NCBI GenBank assembly: GCA_963798485.1 | Contig: CAWCTR010000018.1 | Coordinates: 32,573-96,572, forward strand | DNA length: 64,000 nt | Source: an uncultured delta proteobacterium | Lineage (GTDB): Bacteria; Desulfobacterota; Desulfomonilia; UBA1062 | Reading direction: 5' to 3' | Shown here: one piece after another, positions 43,171 to 54,115 of the stretch | Layout of the letters: each line of letters begins with the position of its first letter | Numbering within the stretch: position 1 is the first letter of the stretch | Translations under genes and position numbers: made by a program | The notes under the pieces: model-generated | The model's database searches: none | What the model was told of the DNA's origin: nothing | The model's input: the letters and a program-made list of their open reading frames with translations, nothing else

Positions 43171-43536
43171 ATGATAAAGGACATCCTCTATGAGAAGGCG
43201 GAGCAGATACTCATCGAAAAGGAGCTGTGCCCGGACAAATCCACCAAACTGGCGCAGTGGATCAGTGCGGATCATAACCACAGCTTAAGGAACGACAGCG
43301 AGACACTCTATATAAATGAAAACGGGGAATACTTCATTATCTACGAGGGCGGCCTGAACTCAGCGTTTCATGAACTGCCGGATGTACAGACATGGTTCGG
43401 CGGATCATATATCAGGACCATATCCATTGAGGATGCCTATGCCTGGTGCGAAGAAACCGGCAACACCGACACTATCAGGGACCATCTCCCATTTTTCATG
43501 ATATCGGTCTCCAGAAAATCCCCTGACAAGACATAG
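43171..43536 (+). CDS. Hypothetical protein
   Basis: 121-aa ORF with ETLY...GEYFI..EGG..S...G...I..I...A.AW.E pattern recalled from phage/mobile-element hypotheticals. Confidence 0.65.
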   Translation: MIKDILYEKAEQILIEKELCPDKSTKLAQWISADHNHSLRNDSETLYINENGEYFIIYEGGLNSAFHELPDVQTWFGGSYIRTISIEDAYAWCEETGNTDTIRDHLPFFMISVSRKSPDKT

Positions 43537-43578
43537 CCGTATTCAGTCTTTCGTTCCTTCTCCCCTTTGCAGGCTTGA

Positions 43579-43618
43579 GCCCCTTCTCCCCTGGCGGGAG
43601 AAGGTCGGGATGAGGGGG
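43579..43618. repeat. REP-like palindrome between convergent genes
   Basis: CCCCTTCTCCCCTGGCGGGAGAAGGTCGGGATGAGGGGG resembles the CCCTCACCCC..CCCTCTCCC..GGGAGAGGG repeat family. Confidence 0.65.
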
Positions 43619-43766
43619 ATAAGATAAGAACGTAGATTGGATTGAGCTGCAAACCCAACAAGTCAATGAACCATAAAGCAAGAAGGGAACGGCCCTCGAC
43701 CCTTCCCTTCATTTTCATTCATTTGCTGCAGCAAATCTCAGCAGTATGTGCCCACACGGCAACCTA

Positions 43767-44300
43767 TCAGAAACCGATCCTCAGCAACAGGGTAATAAAG
43801 TCGCTGTCAACAGGGTCATTGTTGAAAAGGGCATGATATTTGAAGTCCATACCCAGCTTGATATTGTTCTGCAACGGGAACTCCATGCCTGCCCCCAGAT
43901 ACATGCCTGCTTCCGTATCGGAATGGTCATAGGGACCATACTGATAATCGAGGAAGTGAATCCCGAATCCCACATCGGCATATACATTCAGGTTCCGGTT
44001 GACCTGTGCAGTCAGACGCGGCCCAAAGAGAAGAGACGTTACCTGGAGCTCTGAGTTGCCGATACCGTCGTGGCTCGCCGTGGTAAGGCTCGCCTCGAAG
44101 GCCAACTGCCTGTCCATCCGGTAGCCGCCATATACACCGAAGGCAACGGCATTATCCAGGTTGTTATCCGTATCGTTTGTCAGGAATTCAGGTCCCAGCT
44201 GAATACCTACATACCAGTTGTTAAGTGCATGTGCAGGTGTCTGCAGGGAAAGAACAATAAGGATTAGTGCGCCAAGAACAATCGATTGTCTCCCCATCAT
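43767..44300 (-). CDS. Small outer-membrane beta-barrel protein (OmpA/OmpW-like barrel)
   Basis: Signal peptide (AHA), alternating beta-strands, terminal RIGF; AAGGAGG SD. Confidence 0.85.
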   Translation of the reverse strand: MMGRQSIVLGALILIVLSLQTPAHALNNWYVGIQLGPEFLTNDTDNNLDNAVAFGVYGGYRMDRQLAFEASLTTASHDGIGNSELQVTSLLFGPRLTAQVNRNLNVYADVGFGIHFLDYQYGPYDHSDTEAGMYLGAGMEFPLQNNIKLGMDFKYHALFNNDPVDSDFITLLLRIGF

Positions 44301-44427
44301 TATCCTCCTTAGGGTTATCATGCGGCTCTCATTAGTAAATGATGGGGGGGAAGGTCAAGCGAATCCCACATTGAGGGTTGTTTTTAGGGGGCGGAGCGGG
44401 CCAAGGGAGGCCCGCCCTTATATAACC

Positions 44428-46062
44428 TTAATTGGCTGACATCATGGCCGCCACATCCTGCTCGGGTGCGGCAGTGGGCTTGATATTGAATTTCTCCACC
44501 AGCACCTTTGCGACATTGGGCGAGAGGAACCCGGGGAGCGTCGGCCCAAGCCGTATACCCTTTACCCCCAGCGAGAGCAGGGCCAGGAGAACGGCTACGG
44601 CCTTCTGCTCGTACCATGCAATGTCAAAGGATATGGGGAGCTTGTTGATATCGTCCAGGCCGAAGACCTCTTTGAGCTTCAGCGCAATGACTGCCAGGGA
44701 GTAAGAGTCGTTGCACTGGCCTGCATCGAGCACCCTGGGGATGCCGCCGATATCGCCCAATGCCAGCTTGTTGTAACGGTATTTGGCGCAGCCGGCGGTA
44801 AGGATCACCGTATCCCTGGGCAGGTTTTCAGCCACCTTAGTAAAATAATCCCGGTCCTTCTGACGACCGTCACAGCCTGCCATGACGACAAAGCGTTTGA
44901 TGGCACCGGACTTGACTGCATCCACTACCTTGTCTGCCAGGGCCAATACTTGGTTATGGGCAAATCCGCCTACGATCTCGCCGGTCTCTATCTGCTTGGG
45001 TGCAGGACCTGTCTTGGCAAGTTTGATGACCGCAGAGAAGTCCTTGGCCTTTCCATTCTTACGGTCAGGTATGTGCCTCACACCGGGGAAACCCGCTGTG
45101 CCGGTCGTGAAGATGCGGTCCTGGTAGGTCTCCTTGACGGACACGATACAGTTCGTGGTCATGAGGATAGGCCCGCCGAATGCCTCGAACTCCTCACGCT
45201 GGTGCCACCAGGAGCCGCCATAGTTGCCCACAAGGTTGTCATACTTTTTAAAGAACGGATAGTAATGGGCCGGCAGCATCTCGCCGTGCGTATACACATC
45301 CACCCCGGAACCTTTGGTCTGTTCCATGAGCTCTTCAAGATCTTTCAGGTCGTGACCGGAGATAAGAATACCAGGATTACCCCTGACACCGAGATTTACC
45401 TTCGTGATCTCAGGCGACCCATAGACGCTGGTATTGGCCTTGTCCAAAAGGGCCATGGTCTTGACCGCGATCTCACCGGCCTTCATGACCAGGCCGACGA
45501 GTTCGTCTGCGCTCTTGTCCTTGGTTGTGGCGGCGAGCGCCTCTACGATGAATCGGTAGATGTCCTCATCCTCGAAACCCAGCACGAGGGCGTGGTGGGC
45601 ATAGGCTGCAATGCCTTTTACCCCGTAGATCAACAGCTCGCGCAGAGACCTTACATCTTCATTTGTCGTTGCCAGCACCCCCACTTCCTTGGCCTTGGCC
45701 TGGAACTCGCTGTCACTTCGGCCATGCCACAGTGCGCTGTCATGATGAATGTCCTTGGCGGCATCACCGGCCTTGGCCTTCAGATCATCCCTGATCGTGA
45801 GCGCTTTGCGGATAAGGGCCGATATCCGTGCGGGATCAAAGTTGGTATTGGTGAGCGTAATAAAAAGTGCCTCCAGGAGGAACCTGCCGGTGGAAAGATC
45901 GAAGACCCCCTTGGCAACAGCCTTTTCACCATAGAGCGAAACCCCCTTGAGCACATGGATAAGCAGGTCCATGAGGTTCGCCGTCTCTTCGGTTTTTCCG
46001 CATACACCCCTCACGGTGCACCCCTGATTCTTAGCCGTTTCCTGACATTGAAAACAGAACAT
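44428..46062 (-). CDS. hcp: Hybrid cluster protein (hydroxylamine/NO reductase)
   Basis: [11 protein letters not shown]...[40 protein letters not shown]. Confidence 0.98.
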   Translation of the reverse strand: MFCFQCQETAKNQGCTVRGVCGKTEETANLMDLLIHVLKGVSLYGEKAVAKGVFDLSTGRFLLEALFITLTNTNFDPARISALIRKALTIRDDLKAKAGDAAKDIHHDSALWHGRSDSEFQAKAKEVGVLATTNEDVRSLRELLIYGVKGIAAYAHHALVLGFEDEDIYRFIVEALAATTKDKSADELVGLVMKAGEIAVKTMALLDKANTSVYGSPEITKVNLGVRGNPGILISGHDLKDLEELMEQTKGSGVDVYTHGEMLPAHYYPFFKKYDNLVGNYGGSWWHQREEFEAFGGPILMTTNCIVSVKETYQDRIFTTGTAGFPGVRHIPDRKNGKAKDFSAVIKLAKTGPAPKQIETGEIVGGFAHNQVLALADKVVDAVKSGAIKRFVVMAGCDGRQKDRDYFTKVAENLPRDTVILTAGCAKYRYNKLALGDIGGIPRVLDAGQCNDSYSLAVIALKLKEVFGLDDINKLPISFDIAWYEQKAVAVLLALLSLGVKGIRLGPTLPGFLSPNVAKVLVEKFNIKPTAAPEQDVAAMMSAN

Positions 46063-46125
46063 TCTGTTGATCCTCCTTGGTTTTTATGATGACCTTGTAG
46101 ATAACAGGGATATAAATAGGTTGTA

Positions 46126-46141
46126 CTTGACCTGAGTCAAG
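46126..46141. promoter_or_regulatory. HcpR (CRP/FNR family) binding site
   Basis: Palindrome CTTGAC-CTGA-GTCAAG ~65-80 nt upstream of hcp; matches the TTGACnnnnGTCAA motif described for deltaproteobacterial HcpR. Confidence 0.8.
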
Positions 46142-46326
46142 CCTGTAAAGATTTCAAGCCACGGTTTACCAGGCGCATTAATATCTTTTTCAGAAAGGCA
46201 TGCCTGGGTACCGAACGTCCTTATTTATTATTCCGCTCAGATCCAGCGCCCTAAGCCCTGAGACCATTGACAATCATTTGCCATGTGGGATAGATTCGTC
46301 AGGCTTGAAAAGACGAGGAGGAAGGA

Positions 46327-49116
46327 ATGGATTACAAGGATACATTGTGTCTGCCGAACACCGAATTTCCCATGAAGGCCAAGCTTGTGCAGAAGGAGCC
46401 CGAGATCCTTTCCCGCTGGGAAAAGGAAAACCTTTATCATAAGATTATCCAGGCCTCAGCAGGCAGGGACAAGTTCATTCTCCATGACGGACCGCCATAT
46501 GCCAACGGGCATATCCATCTTGGCACGGCGCTCAATAAGATCTTGAAGGACATCATAGTCAAATCCCTGTTCATGATGGGGTACGACACGTTCTATATGC
46601 CGGGTTGGGATTGCCACGGCCTGCCCATCGAGCACCAGGTGGAGATATCATCAGGCGACGAGATCGCCTCTATGAGCAAGACCGAGATACGCAAGAAGTG
46701 CCGTGAGTATGCAGGGGAGTTCCTCGACATCCAGCGCGCCGAGTTCAAGCGTTTAGGTGTGCTCGGCCTGTGGGAGGACCCGTATGTGACCATGTCATAT
46801 AAGTATGAGGCCACTATTGTCCGTGAGCTGGGCAAGTTCATCGGCAAGGGTTCGCTCTATAAGGCGCGCAAGCCCGTGTATTGGTGCGCTACCTGTCAGA
46901 CCGCCTTGGCCGAGGCCGAGGTGGAGTACAACGATCAGACAACACCCGCCATCTTCGTACGGTTCAAGATGATATCCGATGTCTCCACGGTGGTGCCGGG
47001 GCTCAAGGATTATACAGACAATACCTATGTGGTGATCTGGACCACCACGCCATGGACCATCCCCGCCAACCTGGCTGTGGCCTTCCACCCGGACCTGGAA
47101 TATGCGGCAGTGAAGACAGAGACGTTCGGCGTGCTCATCATGGCAAAGGACCTGGTGTATGCGGTCATGCAGCAGATCGGGGTGAAGGACTATGAGACCG
47201 TGGCCCTCTTTGAAGGCAAGGTCATGGACCGCCTCAAGGCGCGCCACCCGCTTTACGACCGCGAGTCATTGCTTATCCTGGCCCCTTTTGTCACGCTGGA
47301 CGCCGGTTCGGGCTTGGTGCACATCGCGCCCGGCCATGGTGAAGAGGACTATGAGATCGGCAAGGTCTACGGCCTTGATATCTATGCCCCTGTGGACAAC
47401 GAGGGAAAGTTCACCAAGGAGGTCGGGGAGTTTGCCGGCAAATTCGTCTTTGACGCCAATGACGATGTGAACAAGGCCCTGAAGAGGGAAGGCGCCCTGC
47501 TCTGTGTTGACAAATACAGCCATTCATACCCGTACTGCTGGAGGTGCAAGAGCCCCATTATCTTCCGCTCTACCAACCAGTGGTTCATCTCATTGGAGCA
47601 TGATGACCTGCGCAAAAAGGCCCTGCAGGCGATCCAGAGCGTGCGGTGGATCCCATCGTGGGGAAGGGAGCGCATCTACGGTATGGTTGAGAACAGGCCT
47701 GACTGGTGCATCTCCAGGCAGCGAGCCTGGGGAGTGCCCATACCGGTGTTTTATTGCAAGGACTGTGGCGAAGTGCTGGCATCCGAGAAAGTGGCAGCAC
47801 ATGTGGCGGATATCTTCGAGAAGGAAGGTGCGGATGCATGGTTCACCCATCCTGAGAAAGACCTGCTGCCCGGTGGTACGAAGTGCGCACACTGTTCCGG
47901 AGCCAATCTGGTTAAGGAAGAGGACATCGTAGATGTCTGGTTCGACTCTGGCGTGAGCTATGCCGCGGTGTGCGAGAATGACTTAAGGCTTGGGGTCCCT
48001 GTGGATATGTACCTTGAAGGCTCTGACCAGCATAGAGGGTGGTTCCACAGCACCCTTCTGACATCCGTGGGCACACGCGGCACCGCACCGTATAAGACCG
48101 TGCTCACCCACGGGTTCGTGGTGGACGGCGAGGGCCGCAAGATGTCTAAGTCGCTGGGCAACACCATCGCGCCTCAGGAGATCATCGACAAGTACGGAGC
48201 CGAGATTTTACGGCTGTGGGTGAGCGCCCAGGACTACACGAACGACATCAGGATCTCAAAAGAGATCATCGAGCGCCTTGTGGAGACCTACCGGCGTATC
48301 AGGAATACCGCGCGCTTCCTGCTGGGGAACCTTTCCGGGTTCAACCCCGATACGGACATGGTCGCCTTGGGCGACATGTTCGAGATAGACCGCTATGCCC
48401 TGAATGCCACACAGGAACTTATCGAGAAGGTGCGCAAGGCCTATGAGGATTTCGAGCCCTATGTCATCTATCAGCAGGTGCATAATTTCTGCGTGGTGGA
48501 CATGAGCGCCTTCTATCTCGACGTGCTCAAGGACAGGCTCTATGTATACAAAGCCGGGTCAAAGGGGCGCAAGTCGGCCCAGACCGCCCTGTTCAGGATC
48601 CTGGTGGCGCTCACCAGGCTCATCGCCCCGGTATTGTCCTTCACGGCCGAAGAGATCTGGGACTATATCCCTGCCTTCACAGGAAAAGAAGACAGCGTGC
48701 ATTTGAGCACCTTGCCGTCTGCAGATAGGGCCATGAAGGATGAAGGGCTCAAGGTGAAGTGGGAGCGTATCCTGGCACTAAAACAGGAGGTGTCCAAGGT
48801 GCTCGAAGGGGCCCGCAGGGACAAGGTGATCGGCCACCCGCTCGATGCCAAGGTGAAGCTTTTGGCGGATGGCGATACCTTGGCCTTCCTTAAAGACGTG
48901 GAGCCTTTCCTGGAAGATGTTTTTATCTGCTCGGGGGTAGAGGTCGCCAAGGGTGACGGCCCGTATATGGAGAGCGAGGGATTCAACAATCTTCGTATCG
49001 AGGCGGAAAAGGCCACAGGCAAGAAATGTCCCAGGTGCTGGCATTACCGTGAAGGCATAGGCAAGAGCCAGGCCCACCCGGAGATCTGCCCGAGGTGTGT
49101 GGAGCAACTGGTATAA
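46327..49116 (+). CDS. ileS: Isoleucine-tRNA ligase (type 1)
   Basis: LHDGPPYANG.IHLGT, PGWDCHGLP, WTTTPWT, DWCISRQR, EGSDQHRGWF, KMSKS, C-terminal CPRC..CPRC. Confidence 0.98.
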   Translation: MDYKDTLCLPNTEFPMKAKLVQKEPEILSRWEKENLYHKIIQASAGRDKFILHDGPPYANGHIHLGTALNKILKDIIVKSLFMMGYDTFYMPGWDCHGLPIEHQVEISSGDEIASMSKTEIRKKCREYAGEFLDIQRAEFKRLGVLGLWEDPYVTMSYKYEATIVRELGKFIGKGSLYKARKPVYWCATCQTALAEAEVEYNDQTTPAIFVRFKMISDVSTVVPGLKDYTDNTYVVIWTTTPWTIPANLAVAFHPDLEYAAVKTETFGVLIMAKDLVYAVMQQIGVKDYETVALFEGKVMDRLKARHPLYDRESLLILAPFVTLDAGSGLVHIAPGHGEEDYEIGKVYGLDIYAPVDNEGKFTKEVGEFAGKFVFDANDDVNKALKREGALLCVDKYSHSYPYCWRCKSPIIFRSTNQWFISLEHDDLRKKALQAIQSVRWIPSWGRERIYGMVENRPDWCISRQRAWGVPIPVFYCKDCGEVLASEKVAAHVADIFEKEGADAWFTHPEKDLLPGGTKCAHCSGANLVKEEDIVDVWFDSGVSYAAVCENDLRLGVPVDMYLEGSDQHRGWFHSTLLTSVGTRGTAPYKTVLTHGFVVDGEGRKMSKSLGNTIAPQEIIDKYGAEILRLWVSAQDYTNDIRISKEIIERLVETYRRIRNTARFLLGNLSGFNPDTDMVALGDMFEIDRYALNATQELIEKVRKAYEDFEPYVIYQQVHNFCVVDMSAFYLDVLKDRLYVYKAGSKGRKSAQTALFRILVALTRLIAPVLSFTAEEIWDYIPAFTGKEDSVHLSTLPSADRAMKDEGLKVKWERILALKQEVSKVLEGARRDKVIGHPLDAKVKLLADGDTLAFLKDVEPFLEDVFICSGVEVAKGDGPYMESEGFNNLRIEAEKATGKKCPRCWHYREGIGKSQAHPEICPRCVEQLV

Positions 49117-49265
49117 CGAACACGATTCATAACCAATAGGTATCTCTATGACAGAAACAGAGGCCTAACATATTGATCCTGTTATTATATTTTCTCAATG
49201 TTTTGTAAGGGGAGAGGGGCCGCCCCCTATCCCATGCCAAAATTTGTGTATGAACATGCTGACTC

Positions 49266-50825
49266 TCAGTAACCGGCAGTACCCGGGATTATGCGGGCGA
49301 TAAGAAGGTTCTTATCTCCTATTTTGTTTTCAAACAATACATCAACCTTAAACTGCCGGTTTAATACCTTTATAACTGTATCTTCCTTTTGTGCCAAGAG
49401 ATAAACACCCTCATTTCTGATATCCGAAGGGGAAGAGAGCTCTTTCATTGTCTTGCCGGCGACCATTGGGAATATCCCTCTCGCCGTCTCATTGGGATTG
49501 ATCATGGTTATCTCATTATTGCCCGAAACGGCGACTGCTTGTCGTGCAAAGCCAAGGTAGTCTTTTTTCGGCATCAAATAGTGAAAATATACTGTTGTGC
49601 ACGCGCACATGCCTATACACGTCACCATGACCAGTGATATTCCCTTATAATTTTTCATATCACCCCGTGTGATGAGCGCATACGATAAGACCGAAAGCAG
49701 GCACATGCCAATCCCAAGGACCGGCATGCCCAGAAATATACCGGCTAACGGGGCAAGACATCCTGCAATGACGACAACCCGGAATATCTTCAGCAGGATA
49801 TCCTCCCATTTCATGCGGTGTGCATTTTCAAGCCAGTTTGCCGTCATACACGCAACAGCAGGGTAAAGAGGCACGAGATACAACCCCCTCTTAGTCGAGG
49901 CAATAGATAGAAGGATAAAGGGACCAAGGAACCAGCTGATATAAGGGTCATCCTTGAACTTCCTGATTGATGCTATGAGGGTTGGTACAAGGATCAGGGT
50001 CCATGGCAGGAAGTCCACTGAAAAGTGGTCCAAGTAATATAAGGGTCCCTCCTGATGTCCGAGTACGGCTCCCTCAGGGGCGCCTGTGAAACGCATGAGA
50101 TTGTTCACCACGATCACCTCTCTGATGAACGGCCATCCTCCTCGGTTCCAAAGGGCGAAGATCCAGGGCAGGATCGGGATAAGTATGAAGGCAATAATAA
50201 CGAAAGGCCTGATTCTCCATACCGTAACGATATCTTTCCTACGGATGATGTCTGTTATAATAGCGGCAGCAATAATTGCAGGTCCCACCAGGCCTTTGGC
50301 CATGAATGCCATCCCTGTAGCAAAGCCAAGCATGATGGAATCCATCACCTTGGAGGAGTCCGTCAATCTTTGGTATGCAAACATAGCCAGGGTAACACCA
50401 AAGACGAGGATAACATCCACCTGTACCCATCTGGCCAGCATAAAGAACTCCCATGAACTTGCCAGGACACCCCCTGCCATAGCACCCATGACGGGTCCAC
50501 CATTTCTGGATGCTATCAAAAAGGTTACAATGATTGTGATGGTGCCAAAGAAAAGTGATACCATGCGGTAGGGATAATCCTGGTCTTCCCCCAAAATAGA
50601 ACCGACAACAGCCCCAAGTGCATAGTATAGGGGAGGTTTTTCAAGGAAGGGTTTGCCGTTGAGATGGGGAACAACATAATCACCGGTACGGACCATCTCA
50701 GCACAGGTGCCCGCGACCCGTGGCTCGTCAGGCAACCAAAGCCCGTGGTTGAAGCCGGGAATGAGAAAAAAGCCTAAAGAGAAAATCGAAATGAAGACCC
50801 ATGTCTTAATCTTTATTGACGCCAT
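49266..50825 (-). CDS. ArnT/PMT-family (GT-C) glycosyltransferase
   Basis: W.PDEPR, PHLNG.PFLEKPPLYY, AKG, K...YL.PLYP; many TMs. Confidence 0.88.
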   Translation of the reverse strand: MASIKIKTWVFISIFSLGFFLIPGFNHGLWLPDEPRVAGTCAEMVRTGDYVVPHLNGKPFLEKPPLYYALGAVVGSILGEDQDYPYRMVSLFFGTITIIVTFLIASRNGGPVMGAMAGGVLASSWEFFMLARWVQVDVILVFGVTLAMFAYQRLTDSSKVMDSIMLGFATGMAFMAKGLVGPAIIAAAIITDIIRRKDIVTVWRIRPFVIIAFILIPILPWIFALWNRGGWPFIREVIVVNNLMRFTGAPEGAVLGHQEGPLYYLDHFSVDFLPWTLILVPTLIASIRKFKDDPYISWFLGPFILLSIASTKRGLYLVPLYPAVACMTANWLENAHRMKWEDILLKIFRVVVIAGCLAPLAGIFLGMPVLGIGMCLLSVLSYALITRGDMKNYKGISLVMVTCIGMCACTTVYFHYLMPKKDYLGFARQAVAVSGNNEITMINPNETARGIFPMVAGKTMKELSSPSDIRNEGVYLLAQKEDTVIKVLNRQFKVDVLFENKIGDKNLLIARIIPGTAGY

Positions 50826-50924
50826 AGCAAGTGAGACTCCTCTTTGTTTATTGCACATTACCTTAGAAGACTTTCTTTCCGATATTTCTCTATCACCAAT
50901 GATAATTAAGCGGCAACCCCTAGT

Positions 50925-52349
50925 TCAGATGAGGTTTCTGCTCCTGAATCCATCTTCAAGCATTGCCTTACTCCCGGGCATGCCCTCCAATTGTTGAAGA
51001 AATACCCTGAGTGACCGAGAGAGTCGGGTGGCACTGAAATGCCCTTTCCGAACAGCGTCCACGCACAAAAAAACCACATGGTCCTCAGAAATAATGATCT
51101 CATCAGGGTGTATGCCGCTCAATACGATCCCTGCATCTCTCATGAGGGAGAAGGCAGCCGAAAGATTACTCACAGCCATTTCCTTTTCCGAGGACGATCC
51201 TGATGTGAACAGCTCCCGAATAGTCGGCCCTTCAACCGGTCTGAAGACGACCGAGCATTCCCATCTGTAAAGACCCTTTCGTTTGCCTATTATGGTCATG
51301 GGGTCCGCGGCAGCAAATCCGAGCCGTTTCAGTATGCGCATGTTCCTCCACACCCTGCTCGCTTTCCAAAACCACCTCACAAACCGGGGACCGAACCCGA
51401 TAGAATTCGCAACAGGCACCCTGCCCGTATTTGAAGACACCAGTCTGAACCCCGCAGCATCGCATCCATCACCTCCGCGTGGGTTACCTATCGACTCGCC
51501 GAGGATCACAGAGATGCTCATGTCTGCATAAGGCCCGCCATCCAAGGGAACAGTCATCCCCTTTGAGTATTCTACAAAAGGGATCGGTTTTTTGTAAACC
51601 TTCCAGAGGGATTTAAGGAATATCCTGCTCCGCATCGTCCTGATGTACCCTTTGATCTCCTCCACTTCCCGATCTGAGATACGCCATCCCCTGTGGTTCC
51701 CATAGACCGTGATCCGTTCATCGATCCCGTTGCTGAAGACACCCATGTTTTGTGCAAAGAGGAACGCGAGGTTTCTGAATGATTCGGACCTGCCCACTGG
51801 CCGGTGAAGGCTTGACACGTGGTCACCGTCCAGGGAATATATTCTCCCTTCCACTGCCATAAAGTTGCCCAGGTGAAGGTCATGCTGGACGATACCTCCA
51901 TTGTGTTGTTGTGCGATAACAGCCATGAGAGAATCAAGCAGGGCATTTCTCGCGACAGGTTCCCCGGTGTTCTCTACACAGGCTTTCAACCCAGTACCAC
52001 CTTCTATGTATTCGAATATCAGGACATATATTCCATGTTGGGGGAGGTACCCCGAATAGAGTATCGCTGGTGCTAAGATGTCTTTTTCAACGAAATATCT
52101 GCATCCCAGGTAGCTGCGTCTCCAGTGCCGGCGAGCCCCATGCCTTGCATGAAAGATCTTGACGATCAGATGCATACCGTGTGCTTCACCCGTACACGTG
52201 ATGCGCTTTAAAGGAACGACATGCAAGACATCCGCACACGTGACTTCGCCGAGTCCCGGCACCGTCAGCCTGATTGAAGCGGGTATGTGCTTCGTTACAT
52301 ACTCACTTGTGAAACGCGACAGTTTGTCCCTCATGTTTTCTAAAGCCAT
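50925..52349 (-). CDS. Lipopolysaccharide kinase (Kdo/WaaP/InaA)-like protein
   Basis: VKIF, Q.DLHLGNF, SLDGD kinase motifs; second degenerate kinase-like domain. Confidence 0.7.
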   Translation of the reverse strand: MALENMRDKLSRFTSEYVTKHIPASIRLTVPGLGEVTCADVLHVVPLKRITCTGEAHGMHLIVKIFHARHGARRHWRRSYLGCRYFVEKDILAPAILYSGYLPQHGIYVLIFEYIEGGTGLKACVENTGEPVARNALLDSLMAVIAQQHNGGIVQHDLHLGNFMAVEGRIYSLDGDHVSSLHRPVGRSESFRNLAFLFAQNMGVFSNGIDERITVYGNHRGWRISDREVEEIKGYIRTMRSRIFLKSLWKVYKKPIPFVEYSKGMTVPLDGGPYADMSISVILGESIGNPRGGDGCDAAGFRLVSSNTGRVPVANSIGFGPRFVRWFWKASRVWRNMRILKRLGFAAADPMTIIGKRKGLYRWECSVVFRPVEGPTIRELFTSGSSSEKEMAVSNLSAAFSLMRDAGIVLSGIHPDEIIISEDHVVFLCVDAVRKGHFSATRLSRSLRVFLQQLEGMPGSKAMLEDGFRSRNLI

Positions 52350-52533
52350 ATCCCCAGATTAATCCATTTATTCCAATACTTCCAGGGAAAACTACTTCAC
52401 ACTCAATGGAAAGAGCAAGGGCACGCAAAGCCAAACACCTGTGATGTAAGGAACACCGCCTTCCTGCTATTCTCAGCAGGGAGGAAGTCTTCGGAGGAAA
52501 CCGGGGGCATATTATTCACCCGGAATATACTTC

Positions 52534-52569
52534 TTGACAATATATTACGTATAAGTAATATACGTATAA
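52534..52569 (+). promoter_or_regulatory. Promoter with overlapping MarR-type operator
   Basis: TTGACA (52534) then perfect inverted repeat TATATTAC-N6-GTAATATA (52541-52562) covering the spacer and -10. Confidence 0.7.
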
Positions 52570-52590
52570 AGCTTAAAAGGATGCGAAAGA

Positions 52591-53088
52591 ATGGGACCAA
52601 AGAAATCACGAGATTATCAGTATTTTACCTCCAACCCTAAGGATTGCCCCTACTATCTTGTCACCCGCGTGTCTCTGGCAGCCACATCGGTCTTCAAAAA
52701 GGTTTTTGCCGAGGCAGGGCTTACGGAACTGAAACCCGCCTATATCGGCACGCTCATGAGTCTGTGGAACGAAGACGGGCTGAAGCTGATCGAACTGGGC
52801 CGTAGGGCAGGTCTGGAACCTTCCACCATGACCGGCCTCATCGACCGTATGGAACGGGACGACCTGGTGAAGCGGGTCCCTGACCCGGATGACCGGAGGG
52901 TGCTGAAGATTTATCTTACCGATGCCGGGTACGCCATAGAGGATACCATGGCCAGGGCGGTCGATCGTGTCATGGCCCAGGTGCTCTCGGGAATAGGCGA
53001 TGATGACATCTCGCACCTGAAAGACACCCTGCGTAAGGTACTTGCGAATATCCATGAGGAGAACTTCGATGAGCAAACCGAAAAATGA
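52591..53088 (+). CDS. MarR-family transcriptional regulator
   Basis: L...DG...ELG....LEPSTMT..IDRME...LVKR..DP.DRR...I.LT..G. Confidence 0.93.
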   Translation: MGPKKSRDYQYFTSNPKDCPYYLVTRVSLAATSVFKKVFAEAGLTELKPAYIGTLMSLWNEDGLKLIELGRRAGLEPSTMTGLIDRMERDDLVKRVPDPDDRRVLKIYLTDAGYAIEDTMARAVDRVMAQVLSGIGDDDISHLKDTLRKVLANIHEENFDEQTEK

Positions 53089-54115
53089 GACAATCGGGTA
53101 TGCCTGTGCGTATACCCCCTTGCCGCTGATATATGCAGCGGGGTACAGAGCGTTTCGGGTGCTGCCCATGTCTGAGTGTCCGGACCAGGCAGGCCTTCAC
53201 CTGCATGATAATTTGTGCCCCCATGTAAAACGCATCCTTGATAGGGCCATGGGAAACGATCTTCCGGACTTGAAGGGCATGGTCTTCATGAACAGCTGCG
53301 ATGCCATGCGGAGGCTGTCCGATGCCTGGGCAAAGGTCCGGGGCGACAGGACCATCCTGGTAGACCTCCCGTCGACCACAGACAGCCATGCCATGGGGTT
53401 CTTTGCAGAAGAGCTCAGGCGCCTGGGCCGGACACTCCGGCAATGGAGCGGCATCCCCCTGAGTGATGATTCCATCCAAGAAGGCATCCACGGATACAAC
53501 CGGCTCTCGAGTGTCCTTTCCGCCCTGGCAGGAAAGGTCTATAAAGAGGGCGGGCAGGCAAGTCTCCAGGAGGCCTACACCACAGCTGCCACGGAACCCC
53601 CTGCCGAGGCGATCCGGTTTGCCGAGGACCTTCTGGCGCTGGATATGCCTGCAAAGGCTGCGGGTCGATCACCCGCCATCTTCCTGTTCGGGAATATCCT
53701 GCCCGACCGGGATGCCTTCGATCTCTTCCATACCTGCGGGGTGCGCATTGCAGGTGAGGATCTCTGCACCGGCTCACGGATGTTTCAGCCCATCGAAATC
53801 CCGGAAGGGGAAGATATCTACCAGGGCCTTTCCCGGGCGATCCTCACCCGCAAGCCCTGTGCGCGCACCTTTGACCCGGCACGGCCGGGTCGGATCGCCT
53901 TTGACATGATCGAAAGCGCAAAGGCCTGTAATGCTGCAGGAGCGATCTGCCACACAGCCAAGTTCTGCGACCCCTACCTTGCGCGCCTGCCCTTTATCCG
54001 CGAGGTATTCAGGAAAGAGGGAATGCCCCTGCTCGTACTCGAGGGCGACTGCACCATGCGGTCCATGGGCCAGCACCGAACAAGGATCGAAGCCTTTATT
54101 GAAATGTTGGGGTGA
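53069..54115 (+). CDS. 2-hydroxyacyl-CoA dehydratase / benzoyl-CoA reductase B/C family subunit
   Basis: GY.C.YTP, NLCP, NSCDAMRR, EDLCTG.R, KFCDP, RTRIEAF.E. Confidence 0.85.
   Translation: MSKPKNETIGYACAYTPLPLIYAAGYRAFRVLPMSECPDQAGLHLHDNLCPHVKRILDRAMGNDLPDLKGMVFMNSCDAMRRLSDAWAKVRGDRTILVDLPSTTDSHAMGFFAEELRRLGRTLRQWSGIPLSDDSIQEGIHGYNRLSSVLSALAGKVYKEGGQASLQEAYTTAATEPPAEAIRFAEDLLALDMPAKAAGRSPAIFLFGNILPDRDAFDLFHTCGVRIAGEDLCTGSRMFQPIEIPEGEDIYQGLSRAILTRKPCARTFDPARPGRIAFDMIESAKACNAAGAICHTAKFCDPYLARLPFIREVFRKEGMPLLVLEGDCTMRSMGQHRTRIEAFIEMLG

Noticed and set aside
44950-46089. Long antisense ORFs (e.g. 44950-46089, 58130-59068, 1509-2537, 29354-30130)
   Set aside because: Shadow frames opposite well-supported genes in GC-rich sequence, with no motifs.
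46142-46326. T-box or attenuator upstream of ileS
   Set aside because: No T-box motif, terminator or Ile-rich uORF; a promoter-like TTGACA lies only ~55 nt upstream of the start.
52384-52490. c-di-GMP-I (GEMM) riboswitch-like words GGAAAAC...GAAA...GCACGCAAAGCC upstream of marR
   Set aside because: The GAAA-capped stem does not pair convincingly and the second stem/receptor is missing. The nearest promoter (52534) lies downstream. An Infernal scan would settle it.
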